DNA of 64,000 nucleotides from Dipteris shenzhenensis. Taxonomy: Eukaryota. Each line of letters opens with the position of its first letter. Positions within the stretch are counted from its first letter, which is position 1. The position numbers and the translations under genes are program-made. The DNA lies in NCBI GenBank assembly GCA_047967505.1, contig CM106538.1. The stretch is one strand, 5' to 3'. Of the stretch, positions 1 to 12,208 are shown one piece after another. Under the pieces are notes generated by a model that worked only from the letters and a program-made list of their open reading frames with translations, had not been told where the DNA came from and did not search any database.

Positions 1-1124
1 GCAGAAAAAGCCAACCATCCCCATTGGCAGAAGTATGCACAAAGCTATGCCAATCGTACAACTTTGCCTGGTCTAACGGCTGATGAATCTGAATCAGATG
101 CAAGTGTCAAACGACGACAACTAGAAAGGTTAGCTGCAGGCTTTATGTTCCCTTTCCAGGATTTCAAGATTTCTATTGATCTTGACACACCAGGAACTCG
201 GTTATGGTTGCACCAAATTGGTTTATTTGAGTATGCACAATTACTATGGGAAGAATGGTTTATTTGAGTATGCACAATTACTATGTTTTTGGTCCTGAAT
301 AGTTCAAATCCTTGCAAAAATCAATGCGTGAGATTCCCCCTGGTGCCGCCTTCTTAACACCCGAATTGGGAGTTCCCCAAAACAGTTGGGTGCTTGATTT
401 GTTGATCTTGTGTGTGCTTAAGACTGAGAAATTAAGGCTGAATATTTGGCTTGATTGTCAGTGTTAGCTTGCACTGGGTCACTATACCAGAATTCAACTC
501 CTTGTTTGGGTGAGATCAAGACTCCTCCTGTACTTGCAATATTGTTAGAGCATTTATATGCATCATCAAAAGCCAAGGTCCACGTGGACTTTATACAAGG
601 ACTAATAGCCAACATCCTATGTGTTCCTACGATCCAAAATCAGCAAAATAAGCAGGTGGGGAGAAGCTAAAACCTCTAGGATAGGGGTGCATTTGAAGAA
701 CATTTTCCCATCTGTTGACCAGTCATTGTCCAAGATGATGACCAGAATCGGTCCAAACCATGACCGGACTTCGTGTAGTACAGACCAAGGACCAACACCG
801 TAACATCGGTGACGGATCTTGGTGATGCAGAGAAGCAAGGCAAAGACATCACGGGTCCCAATTCCCAAGACTGAGGATTTGCAGAGAGTACGCACATGTA
901 TGCTATCCTCCACATGCAAGAGTTATAGCACTGCGCAGTGTAGAAGGTGACGCCGCACAGGAGTTATGGCACCGCCAAGGAGTCAGTGCGGGTGCAGAAG
1001 CCAAATCACTATCGGAGACATTAAGGGCGAGTCCATATCCTCGAGGGGGGATGCCTATCCACCAATTGGGAAAGAGGAGAATCATGGCAGCCAATGGAGA
1101 GATTGCAGTATGGCTGCATCAATC

Positions 1125-2180
1125 TATGAGTCTCCTCTCGAGGTGGGTGTACAAGACTATATGCTGCATATGAAAAAACAATTCCACGGCTCCTGTCCAA
1201 GCATCAAACCTCTCACCACCATCTTACAGAGCAATGCCCTACACTGCAGGTCTAGGTCAATGATATTGAGGCCCCCTTCCCAAGTGGGTAGAATCAGGGT
1301 CTCCCAAGCCACCCTGGCTATGGCATCTATCATGCCATCTAGTCCACTCCACAAAAAGTTCCTTACTGGTCTCTTGAGCTGAGTGATACTAACACTTGAA
1401 TGGCACCAGCAAGAAAAAACAAACCAAGCAGTAGCCAGTAACACCTGGTTGACCACCACGACCCTAGATGCAAGGTCTAGTTTGACCAAATTCCAAAAAA
1501 GGAATTTTCCTCCTTATGCTCTCCAACACAGGAGAAAACTGTTGTGCAGAAGAGATGCCCACACCTACCTGGCACCCCAAATAGCTGACAGAGATACCCC
1601 TTTTAATACAAGTGAAACCAATATTAGCTCCCTTAGTCCGGAGTGTCCTCAGTGTTGATCCAAAAGCCATTGGATTTGTGCCAGTTTATATGTGCCTCTG
1701 CTGCCATGCAAAACAAATCCAATGCTATCCTAAAAGAAGTGAGCTTCTGTGGCGTGGCATCCAAAAAAACTGCCGTATCATTTGGTAGCTCACTGTCCAA
1801 TAGCTCATCTTCTTGTGTCAATGGAAGTCTCAGGTCAACAATATAAGCATGAGATCTAATGTAGATACTCATAGCTTCATCCACAAACAAGAAAAGAAAG
1901 GGGGCTAAAGGACATCCTTGACAGACTGATCTAGAGATCCAAACTTGTCTCACCTAACTCCTCCAATAATTACCTGGCTATGGGCTGATTTATAAAGAGT
2001 AGAGACCCCTCTAATCCAATCATCTGTAGATCCCCCTCTAATCCAATCATCTGTAGATCCGAAATGAAGAAGGGTTTCCTTAAGAAAGCCCCAATCTACC
2101 TTGTCATAGGCTTTCTCGAAGTCCAGGAGTAGAATGGCCAGCCTTTGGCCACTATGCATTGCCCACTCAAAAGCCTCTCA
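1125..2180 (-). mobile_element. Degenerate L1-like LINE family A, reverse-transcriptase region
   Basis: ORF fragments LLLDFEKAYDKVDW, SVCQGCPLAP and LLATAWF..GGLNII are colinear with ORF2 at 36551-39668. There are frameshifts and a ~27-bp tandem duplication near 2005-2060. Confidence 0.9.
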
Positions 2181-2274
2181 AAATGATAAGATGAAGATGA
2201 TTGAAAGCGATAGAGGAAAGCAAAGGTGAGAGTGCAGTATGCTCCCAACACTTGTTGATAAACATAAAGACTTC

Positions 2275-2815
2275 TTTTTTTTTTTTTTTCCATGAAAGAG
2301 ACTTCTATCAAGTAAGAGAAAAAACCCGCAAGAGCAAGCTCAAAGCAGAATACATCATGAAACCATGAGTATAAATAAACCCCTCAAAATGAGGTGGAAA
2401 ACAACCAAGGCTGAGGCTGAAAGTGCCACCTCAACCTTGTAAGAGTCTCAGAGAAGAAAGGAGAATCCTTCCATTCCCTGAAGAACGAAGCCCTCCTAGT
2501 TGAGGCTGCATGGGAGTCTCCTTGCATACTCGTCTATATGGCCATCAAAGTATGTATGGTGTTTGTCCAGATACTAGCCAATGTGTGCGAGGGATGAACT
2601 TGAGTTCCCTCCAATGCTGCCTCTGTGCATCTGGCTCTCCAAATATGCCACGCTGCTATGCTCGCCAGTATCTCCCAAGAGGTATCCACAGAGGCATGTA
2701 CAGCTACAAAAGGAAGGTGTGGTACCACATCCAAAGAACAAGACTCAACCTGAAGACGTCGAATCGAAATGGCCCGAGAAGAGTCAAAGATGAAGACTTT
2801 GCAGATGCAAATTGA
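2275..2815 (-). mobile_element. 5'-truncated LINE family A 3' end with poly(A)
   Basis: T-run at ~2275-2289 followed by sequence very similar to 32934-33430 (ASIAAWHIWRARC). Confidence 0.88.
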
Positions 2816-2960
2816 AGGAAATACTTGAAGATGGAGGGGATACTCGACGGTTCCTCCTCCTTGCGGGAAGGGAAGGGCAAGAAATGAGAGAGGTGGGGCT
2901 ATTCCTGATATGAGCGTGGAGTAAAGGCTTCGAGTGCCCCATGCCAAGCTCTACATGGTG

Positions 2961-3395
2961 TTTTTTTTTGGGCAAAAAAATACTTTTATTAAGTATGAAT
3001 GAAAACCACAGAGCAAGCTCAATTCAAAAGTACATTATGTCAATATAAACATGAGAGAAATCAAAGCTCAAAAAGAGCTAGCAAATAACTAGGGATGAGG
3101 CTGAAAATGCCAAGTCAACCCTGAGACAGAATCAGAGAAGAAAAGAGATCCACTCCAAACTCTGAAGAAAGTGTTCCTCCTAGCAGAGGTTGCTCTCGAT
3201 GACCCTTGCATACTCGCCTATATGACCATCAAGGTATGCATAGTATCAGTCCAAATACTGGCCAATGTTTGAGAGGGGTGAACTTGGAATCCATCCAATG
3301 CCTTTGTACATCTGGCTCTCCGAATATGCCAAGCTGCAATACAAGCTAGAATCTCCCATGATGTCTCTACCGAAGCATGTGCAGCTCTGAAAGAA
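2961..3395 (-). mobile_element. 5'-truncated LINE family A-related 3' end with poly(A)
   Basis: T-run at 2961-2969. The 3' UTR matches the reverse complement of 56230-56311, and a degenerate WEILACIAAWHIRRARC region is present. Confidence 0.82.
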
Positions 3396-3901
3396 GTAAA
3401 AGCAACAGGACCATGACTCTACTAATTGTCAGCAAACCAAAAAATCCCCATCCATAGTTTTTTCCATACGTGACCATACGCATACGTCATACGGGTACGG
3501 AAGTATGATTGGAGTATGGTTCAGCCCTTGGGGCTGAATCATACGTGACCCTAATTTTCAGAAAAATATAGATTGTACACATTTACTTGAGAGAGAACTG
3601 CAAAACTTTCAACTTCAAACTTTTATTGATTTTAAAGTCGTGAATCATGAATCATGATTCATGGAAGAGTGCAGGGACTGGATTCCGTCATCTGATACAT
3701 AGTGATAAACACCAAAACATCATGATCAATCATCCAAGGTAGCAAGTAGTAGATACTAGAAAAGTGAACGAGGCCTGGGCCCTGTAGGCTGCAGGTACTA
3801 CATCAAAGGCAAGCTAGAAAACATCATATAACAAACTGAAAAGGCTGCCAGCCCTGCAGGCTGCCACAGCTAGGAAACAAAACTGAAATGCATCACAACT
3901 G

Positions 3902-5613
3902 ATGAGGCTCAAGCCTCAAGGTGCATCCTCATCTTGTGCCTCATCCTCATCATCATCAGCATCAGTGGCATCCTCCTCCTCCTCCTCATCATCCTCATCC
4001 TCATCACAGTCAATCTCATCTGCCTCGCCATGGGACTCCAAAATACTGGAGCTGCTTGAAGCTGCAGCAACATTCATCCTTCCTGTAACAAGAGGGGATT
4101 GTCTGGCTGGAATCGCCTCTTCTCCCTCTGTAGTCTCTTACAAAGCAAGCAGCCTCTCATCATCCTTCTCCTTGTTGATCATTTCCAAGGTCACTCTTAT
4201 CTTCTCAAATCCCCTTTCCTTGATTTTTGAGATCACTCGTCGCAAATTAGTATGGATGTATATTAATTGTTCTGTATTCTTTGGAAGCAACCTATTTCTT
4301 CTTTTGGTATGTATAAGAGAGAACGTGCTCCAGTTCCTCTCACAAGGAGAAGCACATGTCCCCTGCGAGAGCACTCGAATAGCCAACTGCTGCAAATTTG
4401 GAGTGTGAGCCCCAAATGTCTCCCACCACTTCACCCCTTGGTGCATCCTCTTATCATCCTTCGCAATTGCCCGAGAAAATGTGCCTAACATGGACTTGTA
4501 AACATCAAACTCATCAACTAAGATGCCCTGCCTCTCGACATCATACTTTGTGTACCGCTCAATGACATCCATCCCATCATGCACCTCCTTATCACCATCT
4601 GGATTTTTATCTCTCCAAATAGGATGGAGAACAAAAGCTGCTGCATGTAAAGGAGAGTGCATCATATCCCACCTATTAACACACAAGGCTCTGACATCAG
4701 CCAACTTGGAGGAGTCTATGCCATCTATAGTCTATATCTTCTCCACCATGAGCTCATATACAAGTCCCATGGTAGCCCTTTCCCTATCAGCCAAACGAAG
4801 GATCTTTAGAATAGGTGCACATATCTTCACTATGACTCCTGCTTCCTGCCATAATGAGGCACCCAATACAATGGAAGACACCTGTTGTGCTTTCACAGTG
4901 CGTGATACTTTCTTCCTGCAGTACTCATGACTCACAACCATACGACGCAATCCATTGTAGACTCTATCATCCAACAAGTTTGCTAACACGATAAACATAT
5001 AAGAAAACCGAGTCTGTGCAGGTTTCACTAATTCCTTCTTGCTGAAAGTTCTATATAATGCTAACACAGTGTGCTTCCGAGTATCAAACGTGACAATCAT
5101 GTTGGCATGTGTTAACACTGGCTTCACCCAAGCAAGTTGCCCAATGTCCTCAAACAAGAGGTCAGGGCAATGGCATGTGCATCTAGTATAGAAAATATGA
5201 GGCCACTCCTCCTCTACCAATTTTCCTGCTCGCACATAGTTAGATGCATTATCCATGCACACTTGCACCACATTATCTAGCCCAACATCAACAATGGCAT
5301 CTTTTAATATCTCATAAATGTATTCCCCTAATTTATATTGTCCACTAGTATCCACAGACTTCAAGAAGACTGATCCAAAAATGCATGAGACCATTATATT
5401 AATGATAGGCCTACACCGAGTGTCAGACTAGCCATCACACACTATGTTGCATCCATACTTTCTCCATTTCTCCCGAAACTGCAGCAACTCTTGATCCATG
5501 CATACCACCTCATTTTTCAGCTCCGAAGTGCGCAAGGATTTATAAGATGGAGGCTTAAAGGTAGGCCCAACCTGGCCAATTGCACGGACCATTTCCAGGC
5601 CTAGGACTCCCAT
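3902..5613 (-). pseudogene. hAT transposase pseudogene
   Basis: In-frame stops or frameshifts near 5428, 4732 and 4138. No N-terminal BED finger is visible. Confidence 0.85.
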
Positions 5614-5976
5614 GCCTTGGCCAAGGCTCCCTTTGACACCTTTTGTTTCTTCTATTTTGGTTCATGTGTAGATGCACTTGCACTTGTAGCACCACTCTCC
5701 CAAGCATCTCCCAAATCAGCCACATCTACATCAAGCTCTTCTGCAAATTTATTTTTACTTGCCTTGCTTGCAACCTTCTACAAGTGTCTTCCACATTTTC
5801 AGGAGGGGAGGTGCAAGGGTCAACCCCAAGGCCTGTCAGCCCAAGAAAGTGTGCTCTTATGCGGATAGGTCCTCCATCCCATTGGTGAGGGCAGAACTTG
5901 CATTTACAAGTGCCATTTTCCCAAAGGCTTCAATGTCTCCACAAATTTCCATTCTTCTCCTTTCTTTCTTCCCATC

Positions 5977-5979
<3 letters not shown>

Positions 5980-6029
<50 letters not shown>
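5980..6029. repeat. (GA)n microsatellite
   Basis: Uninterrupted AG run. Confidence 0.97.
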
Positions 6030-6032
<3 letters not shown>

Positions 6033-6439
6033 GAATCCGAATTTCACAATGAGAAGAAACTTCAAGACCCAAGATTCAACAGATAACATGGAAGAGATAA
6101 GAGGGAGTCACCTCGGTCCTCCTTCAATCAAATACTGAATGCTAAGGTCACAAGAGCTCAGAGAATCTCCTCTTGCTGAAGGCCAGGTAGCTGAGAGCTC
6201 AAGGTGGACGATGGACTCTTGTTGTACGGCAAGATCTTGGTACGGCTGGTTGTACAGTAGGATCTTGGTATGGTGGCTAGCATGCTGCCTGGCTGTATGG
6301 AAATTGTACGGCTAGGCTGTAGACTGTAGTATGTACGAAAATGCGTACGGCCACCGGTGGAGCTTGGAGAACTGCGCCTGCTGCCTCGGGAGTCGAATTG
6401 CATACGAATAGCCATACGGGCAGCATCAAAGGCCTCTAA

Positions 6440-6840
6440 TTGGGGGATGGTGGCTTGGTTGACAGAGGGAGGACACGCGTTTCAGATTGATGAGATCTCC
6501 CTAGCCTACCGGATACAGGGTTAGAGCATCCAGAGGATTGCACTCCACGAGACAGTCCCTCCTGACAGCCTAGCTCCTCCTCCTCCTAGGGAGGACAATG
6601 TTTGGGAGGTGGTAGCCAGCATCACGGCTTGGAACATTTGGGTGGCTCATTGTAGTCTTGTGATGGGTGAGCACCCGGTTCCACCCTCACCTACCCTAGT
6701 TGCTATCTGGTAGGATATCATTTACACTCTACGGTCCACCTGGGAGCGTGGGACTCCAGGCTCCAGGGCGACTATCGAGAGGCGTGCTTGTTTCTGCAAG
6801 GCTTGGCCTGCAGGTGTTTTCTACATCTTCACTCCGCGAG
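6440..6840 (+). mobile_element. Old LINE ORF2 C-terminal fragment related to family A
   Basis: Translates to WEVVASITAWNIWVAHC...PTLVAIW*DIIYTL, which resembles WEIIASIAAWHIWRSRC...HTLASIWTDIVHTL. Confidence 0.65.
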
Positions 6841-7210
6841 TGAATCTGTGCCCCCTTCATTAAACCTGCAACCCTAACCGGCTGGAAGGGAACCTCCTAA
6901 AGGATATCATCAGAAGACATATGTAGCCTCCCTCCGATCTAAACATTAAGAACCAGGGCATCCTCATGAGCATCCCACAAAACAATAACCTCTCATTTTA
7001 TAGAAAGAGAGAGAGGGTGGCCTAAATGATAGGCACCTCTCCTACATCAAAGGAGATAACTCCTAAATCAGTGGCACCTCCTCAAGAGGCAACCTTGTAC
7101 TACATCATCACTTGTGTCATGGTCTAGATACCTCATAGCACTAATTCTGCTTCACACAATATCACACACACACACACACACACGCGCACACACACACACA
7201 CACCCACCTA

Positions 7211-7540
7211 TTTTTTTTAAAGTGAAATCTTATATTTATGTGTGGGAAACCTCAAAAGTGGTAAAAACCCACCAATAAGTGTAAGGACAAAATTTACAAG
7301 TAAAACCTCAGAGCAAAAGTCATGAGGCAGTCAAGTAAAAAGTTACATATCAAGCTGGAGGAGGATCAAACACAGCATCCTCCAACTTCAAATCGTTGCT
7401 CTATAAAAACTGATGGAGTGATGTGCCCTTGTGATTCTTCTTGATATAGGCTGATACCTGAAATTTCTAAATCACAGGGTCAAAAACCTGTTGTAACATG
7501 GGATGAAAAGATTCCAGTAAAAAAGGTACTTTTGCATGCT
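7211..7540 (-). mobile_element. ORF1-only retroelement, copy 1 (5'-truncated)
   Basis: T-run at 7211-7218 adjacent to (CA)n at 7163-7204. It shares the 3' UTR (agtgaaatct...cccacca) and ORF end (..FYLTAS*) with copies 2 and 3. Confidence 0.8.
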
Positions 7541-7559
7541 ACTACACACACATACACAC

Positions 7560-9320
7560 TTTTTTTTTTTTAGTGAAATCTTTTATTTTTGTGTGGGATA
7601 CCGCAAAAAAGAGGTAAAAACCCACCAATAAGTACAAATAAAAAATTTACAAGTAAAGCCTTAGAGCAAAAGTCATGAGGCAGCCAAGTAAAAAGTTACA
7701 AGATCAAACTGGAGGAGGATCAAAACAACGTCCTCCAGTTTCAAATTGTTGCTTTGTAAAAATTGATGCAGTGAAGAGACTGCACCATCAATAAAAAGCA
7801 CCTGTTTTTTGCCCTTGTGATTCTTCTTAATATAAGCTAGAAGTCTGAATTTTTGAATCACAGGGTCAAAAACCTGTTGCAACATAGGATGAAAAGACTC
7901 CAGAGAAAAAGAAACCTCTGTATTCCTAAATAGAAAGAGACTCTGGCACAGTCTTCACAGTCATAGGAACGGGATCAATATCTAAACTCTTTGAAGGAGT
8001 ATTGGACGAAAGAGTTGCATGAGATAAATCATGAGTCAGCATGTCAGCTTAGTCGGGATATCAACCTGAGAGAGAGCATGTGAAGCATCCTGTATGATTC
8101 CCTCTGCAAGGGGCACATCCATATCTTGAGGAGAAGAAGGCACATCCATATCTTGACAAGTTGCTCCACCACATCAGTTGAAGAACAGTGGGCATAATAA
8201 AACCCTTTGCCCAGAAAGACAAACGAGGAAATACAATCCGAGCCCACTGCTGCTTCAGCTCACCGACGAAGATGAGTTGTAGAAAGAACTCTGCCCATAA
8301 AGTAGAGACAGACCCCAAACTGTTGAGCTTGTCGAAGACCTAAAACCAGAAGGGCAAAATCCAAAGAACAAACAAAGGGGGAACCCAATGAAGGAACATC
8401 TGTAATAGAGGCTGAACATAACTGGCGCAGAAGATCTAGCTGAAGGGAAGAAGAAGGGCCATCTACGAGATCAAGCTTCGCCGATTTATAAGAGCATGAA
8501 GAAGCCAAAACACCTCGCTTCTGTCGAACAAAGACACGTGCAGGAGGAGACGACGCAGAAGGAGGAGCTGAAACGGAGAAGACAAAAGGAGAATCGGTTG
8601 AAAGACCGGGAGAGGTTGGCTGTTGCAGAGAAAGGACCGGCTATACAAAAGAAATATCCAAAAGCTGTACAGGCAAAGGGTTTCGCACATGGAAAGGCGA
8701 AACAACAGTGTGAAGAGGTACGGATGACCGTACAGCTTGTACGCACAACCGTACAGACTGGATGGACGGTTGTGCAGGTGGTCCAGCATGCAGGCACGGT
8801 ACGGATGAACGCAGAGAAAGAAGCTCAGACGAGGTATAAACACGGTGTTGCAAAACTGGTACGGTAGGTTGCAAGATCTGTACGGAAGACGTACAGGAGG
8901 TCGCAGCTTGGAGTGGCTGGGTAGAGGTAGATTTGCAGAGGGTGTAGGGTCCCATAGAAGAGGGGAGAAAGCTCAAGGAGCCTCTGCTTGCACAAGGCAT
9001 CTGATAATATGTACGAGACTGTACGGGAAAGGCAGGGTTATATAGAGATGTAAAGGTGCTGAAAGTACTGCGTTGTACGGAGGACTGACAGATAAATGTA
9101 CGTACGTACATAAAAGTACAAGGTGAGGGAACTGTACGGGCCTGCGCGTAAGTCTGCACAGGGATTGCGACCCTCTCGTGGCAGCTGGTACGGCCATTCA
9201 GAAGATCCATACGGCGACCGTACGGGCGTACGGACAGAGGGGGAGAGGCCTGCGAGGATATGTTGGCACCTTCGTTCACGACCTCACGCTCTTAGCTAGC
9301 ACCTTCGCTCACCTTCTTTT
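7560..9320 (-). mobile_element. ORF1-only retroelement, copy 2 (internally deleted, GTAC-rich leader)
   Basis: T-run at 7560-7571 after acacacatacacac. ORF remnants SFVFLGKGFYYAHC and QVFDPVIQKFRLLAYIKKNHKGKK...FYLAAS* are present. The 5' end abuts a CT/CA microsatellite. Confidence 0.8.
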
Positions 9321-9451
9321 CTCTCTCACACACACACACACATGCACTCACTTCCTTTTTTTTTTTTGGCCCCCCCCCCCCCCCCCCCCCCCCACACACA
9401 CACCCTCTCTCTCTCTCTCACACACACACCTCTCACACACACACACACACA
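9320..9451. repeat. Compound microsatellite (CT/CA, poly-T, poly-C)
   Basis: Read directly from the sequence. Confidence 0.9.
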
Positions 9452-10799
9452 TTTTTTGGTAAAATCCAGTGTATTTATATTATCATAAATTTACAAGATG
9501 GGAAGTCTCCCACTCACTGACATGAGACTCGAAAAAAGAGCCCAATGGAAAAACTCAAAAACAGGTAGAGAACACTTCAAGGCTAGTGGCATCCAAGTCC
9601 CTTGCAGCAAAACTGTCATATAAGGATTGCTTGAGGGACATTCTGAAGAAAATATATGCCTGAGGAAACTGTTGACCCATCCTAGAATGCAGTCTCTGCG
9701 TCCAAATGGTCCATAGTACCCAAAAGCGAGTCCAGTAAAAGAAGAGGAGGAATGGAGACATCTGAGATGAGAGGCATCCAAACATCCAGAAGAGTTTCCC
9801 AAATCTGATAGAGGGAAACCGAAGCTGCAGCAAATGAGAAACATGAGTGATCAGTATGCGGGATTGTGGGCAAGACCATAATAGGTGAGGAACTGTCTCG
9901 TACTGTTGAGAGCAACGGGGACAGGAAGGGGAAGCAATGCGGCGTGCTGCCAATTTAACCCCAATGGAAAAGGCTCCCACAATACATCTCCAAAAGAAAA
10001 GCCTCTGTTTCAATGGCAATTTGGCTTTCCAGATTTTCATGAGTCGTGATTGCCACCAAGATAAAGGCCTATCCAAATTCCAAAGAGTGTTGGCATGCTT
10101 GTCAATCCATGGCGGTGGAAGAAGAAATCTGTAGACCTTCGAAGAGGTCAGATTGTGCATTGAGAGCGTATGGGTAGAAGGAGGTAAAGAAGTCAAATTC
10201 CAGTCCATTAATCTGTCTTGTGCAAACAGTGGAGGAACTGGAACAAAAGGCTGCAGCATAGCTGAAAGTGTTCTCCAAATGGACCTATGATGCAGGCCCA
10301 AGGAGAATGTCCTGCAAGCTTGTGGAAATGAAAGCATACAACCTTGTTGATCCACAACATCACCAACAAATCTGACGCCCAATTTCATGAGATTGTATGC
10401 TTTAATAGGTGCCTGTAGAGCGAGAGGCAATTCAAACACCTTACTCCAATGGATGCTTTCCAATTGAAAAGAATTACCATGATGAGAAGAAGCACCTGTC
10501 CATTTTGCATATGAGAGAATTCTCTTCCAATCATGAATAAAAGCAGAAGAAACAGGGCAACCAGGAATTTTCCCTTGAAATGTGGACATGACTGCTTCCC
10601 AGTGATCTGTAATCCAATGCCCATATGCATGAGTCGCCATGTTTCCACACATAGCTGCTAACATAATAGCCCATGGCTGTTTTTGCTGAAGAAAATCAGC
10701 AATCATAGTGCTCTTTCGTGCCAACATATGAACCTGGAGATTGAGAATATTCAGCCCCCCATGAGTCTTAGGTGAACAAATGGACTGCATAGGTAGTAG

Positions 10800-10800
<1 letters not shown>
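9452..10800 (-). mobile_element. 5'-truncated LINE family B ORF2 C-terminus (zf-RVT) with poly(A)
   Basis: The open frame 9555-10800 has GGLNILNL and CPRC..YETVPHLLWSC and is homologous to 27489-28895. T-run at 9452-9457. (CA)n lies on both sides. Confidence 0.9.

Positions 10801-10802
<2 letters not shown>

Positions 10803-10837
<35 letters not shown>
10803..10837. repeat. (CA)n microsatellite between two retroelements
   Basis: Pure CA run. Confidence 0.97.
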
Positions 10838-10839
<2 letters not shown>

Positions 10840-10918
10840 TTTTAGTGAAATCTTATATTTCTCTGTGGGAAACTTCAGAAGAGGTGAAAACCCACCATGA
10901 AGTACAAAAGTAAAAAGA

Positions 10919-12208
10919 TTACAAGTAGGCCTTTGGGAAAAACCAGGAGGCTAAGTGAAAGCTAAAACAATAAAAAAGTTTACAAGTCACTAGGGGAGGC
11001 ATCCAGTAGAATATCCTCCACAGTGAGATTGTTTGCTGTTGTAAAGGAACCACATCACCATCAATAAAATGAAGGTGTTTTTTACCCCTGTGATTCTTTT
11101 TAAGATAAGCAGGCACCCAAAATTTTTGAATCATAGGGTCAAAAACTTGTCGCAACCAAGGATGGAAAGTATCCAGGGAAAATGGAGAGGCAGGAGCCAA
11201 ATCTAACAATGGTGTAGCATTTGTATTCAGACCAGCAGTAGCATCCATAGTATCAACCCCAGTCTGAGTATGTTTGGCTTGCAAATCCACATCTGTTGCC
11301 ACTACACAATCATGAACAATATCCAAAGGAGAAAGATCCACTTGCATTTCAATAGAGTGCGTCTCATCAACCGGTAAGGCCTGCTGAGAGTCAATTCCAA
11401 CCAAGGAGGATTGTTGAGCTGAAGAGGACTCTTGAGAATCGGAAGCATTAACACCAGAAGATTGCCATGTTTCAAGCATAAGTGTATCCGGCATTGATAG
11501 AGCCTGAAACGGATTTGACAAAGGAACCGAAAGAGACGATGAAATGATTTCTTTTCCTGGGGGGTGTACCCTTCTCCATTCTTTTCTTGTTGTGCTCAAC
11601 TGTTGCATCTTATCGAAATGGAGAGGAGTAGTAGTCTGAGGAACAACATGAGCAGATTGACATGATTGTGAAGGGCAGCTCTGAGCAAAATGACCAATCT
11701 GTCTACACTTGTAGCACACATTTGGAAAGGAAGAAAAAGATAAGAGAATGCAAAGATGATCATCCAAACCATAATCAATATCCAAACATGAAGGTACGGG
11801 TTGCTCCATATCCCACAAAATACAAATTTGGATATCTCTGCTGAAGACCAAAAAATCCTGCTTCAGAAGATGCAGTACTCTCCCCAAAAGAGCTGCAATA
11901 GAGGATATGTGCAGGAGGAGAGGTACTGGCAAGGCTTTTAAGGTGACCCATGGAAGGTAATAATGAATGAGATTCTGAGCCGGGTCGAAAAGTGGGTCCC
12001 AAGGCATGACATAAGCAAAATATCCACCTCCGTGGACACCTGCCATATTAACTAGCTGATAAACTGTCTCCACATCAACACAATCAGCATAATAAAAACC
12101 CCTGCATAGAAAAACAAAGGAGTTGAATTTATTTGATCCAACGGCTGCTCTGTCGACCATGCACATAGCATAGGTGTTGTCATAACTTGTCCCATAAAGT
12201 AAAGACAA
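10919..12208 (-). CDS. L1-type ORF1-like protein (DUF4283-like region plus CCHC knuckle), frameshifted near both ends
   Basis: RGFYY, VMPWDPLFDP, PWVTLKALP and CYKCRQIGHFAQSCP motifs are typical of plant L1 ORF1. Confidence 0.8.
   Translation of the reverse strand: MSLLYGTSYDNTYAMCMVDRAAVGSNKFNSFVFLCRGFYYADCVDVETVYQLVNMAGVHGGGYFAYVMPWDPLFDPAQNLIHYYLPWVTLKALPVPLLLHISSIAALLGRVLHLLKQDFLVFSRDIQICILWDMEQPVPSCLDIDYGLDDHLCILLSFSSFPNVCYKCRQIGHFAQSCPSQSCQSAHVVPQTTTPLHFDKMQQLSTTRKEWRRVHPPGKEIISSSLSVPLSNPFQALSMPDTLMLETWQSSGVNASDSQESSSAQQSSLVGIDSQQALPVDETHSIEMQVDLSPLDIVHDCVVATDVDLQAKHTQTGVDTMDATAGLNTNATPLLDLAPASPFSLDTFHPWLRQVFDPMIQKFWVPAYLKKNHRGKKHLHFIDGDVVPLQQQTISLWRIFYWMPPLVTCKLFYCFSFHLASWFFPKAYL

Larger units (their letters stand above)
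3453..6420 (-). mobile_element. Decayed hAT DNA transposon (DUF659 plus hAT dimerisation domain)
   Basis: Broken ORFs 5428-5613, 4732-5394 and 4138-4704 contain CDG.SD, VVQVCMDNASN, CTCHC and WWETFG..L..LAIRVLSQ..ASPCERNWS. There is an acidic tail. A candidate terminus CATAGTTTTTTCC at 3453 has CATACG subterminal repeats. The other TIR was not found. Confidence 0.88.

Noticed and set aside
1-1120. Possible further host exons or a classifiable TE at the window start (also 59200-60170)
   Set aside because: No GH38 motif or diagnostic TE domain could be recognised by eye, so these regions were left unannotated.
3902-4408. Ser-rich 168-aa + strand ORF
   Set aside because: It is the antisense reading of the acidic hAT transposase tail.
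8463-9279. Several overlapping 100-200 aa ORFs
   Set aside because: They lie in the GTAC-rich leader, have no recognisable domain, and are open on both strands.
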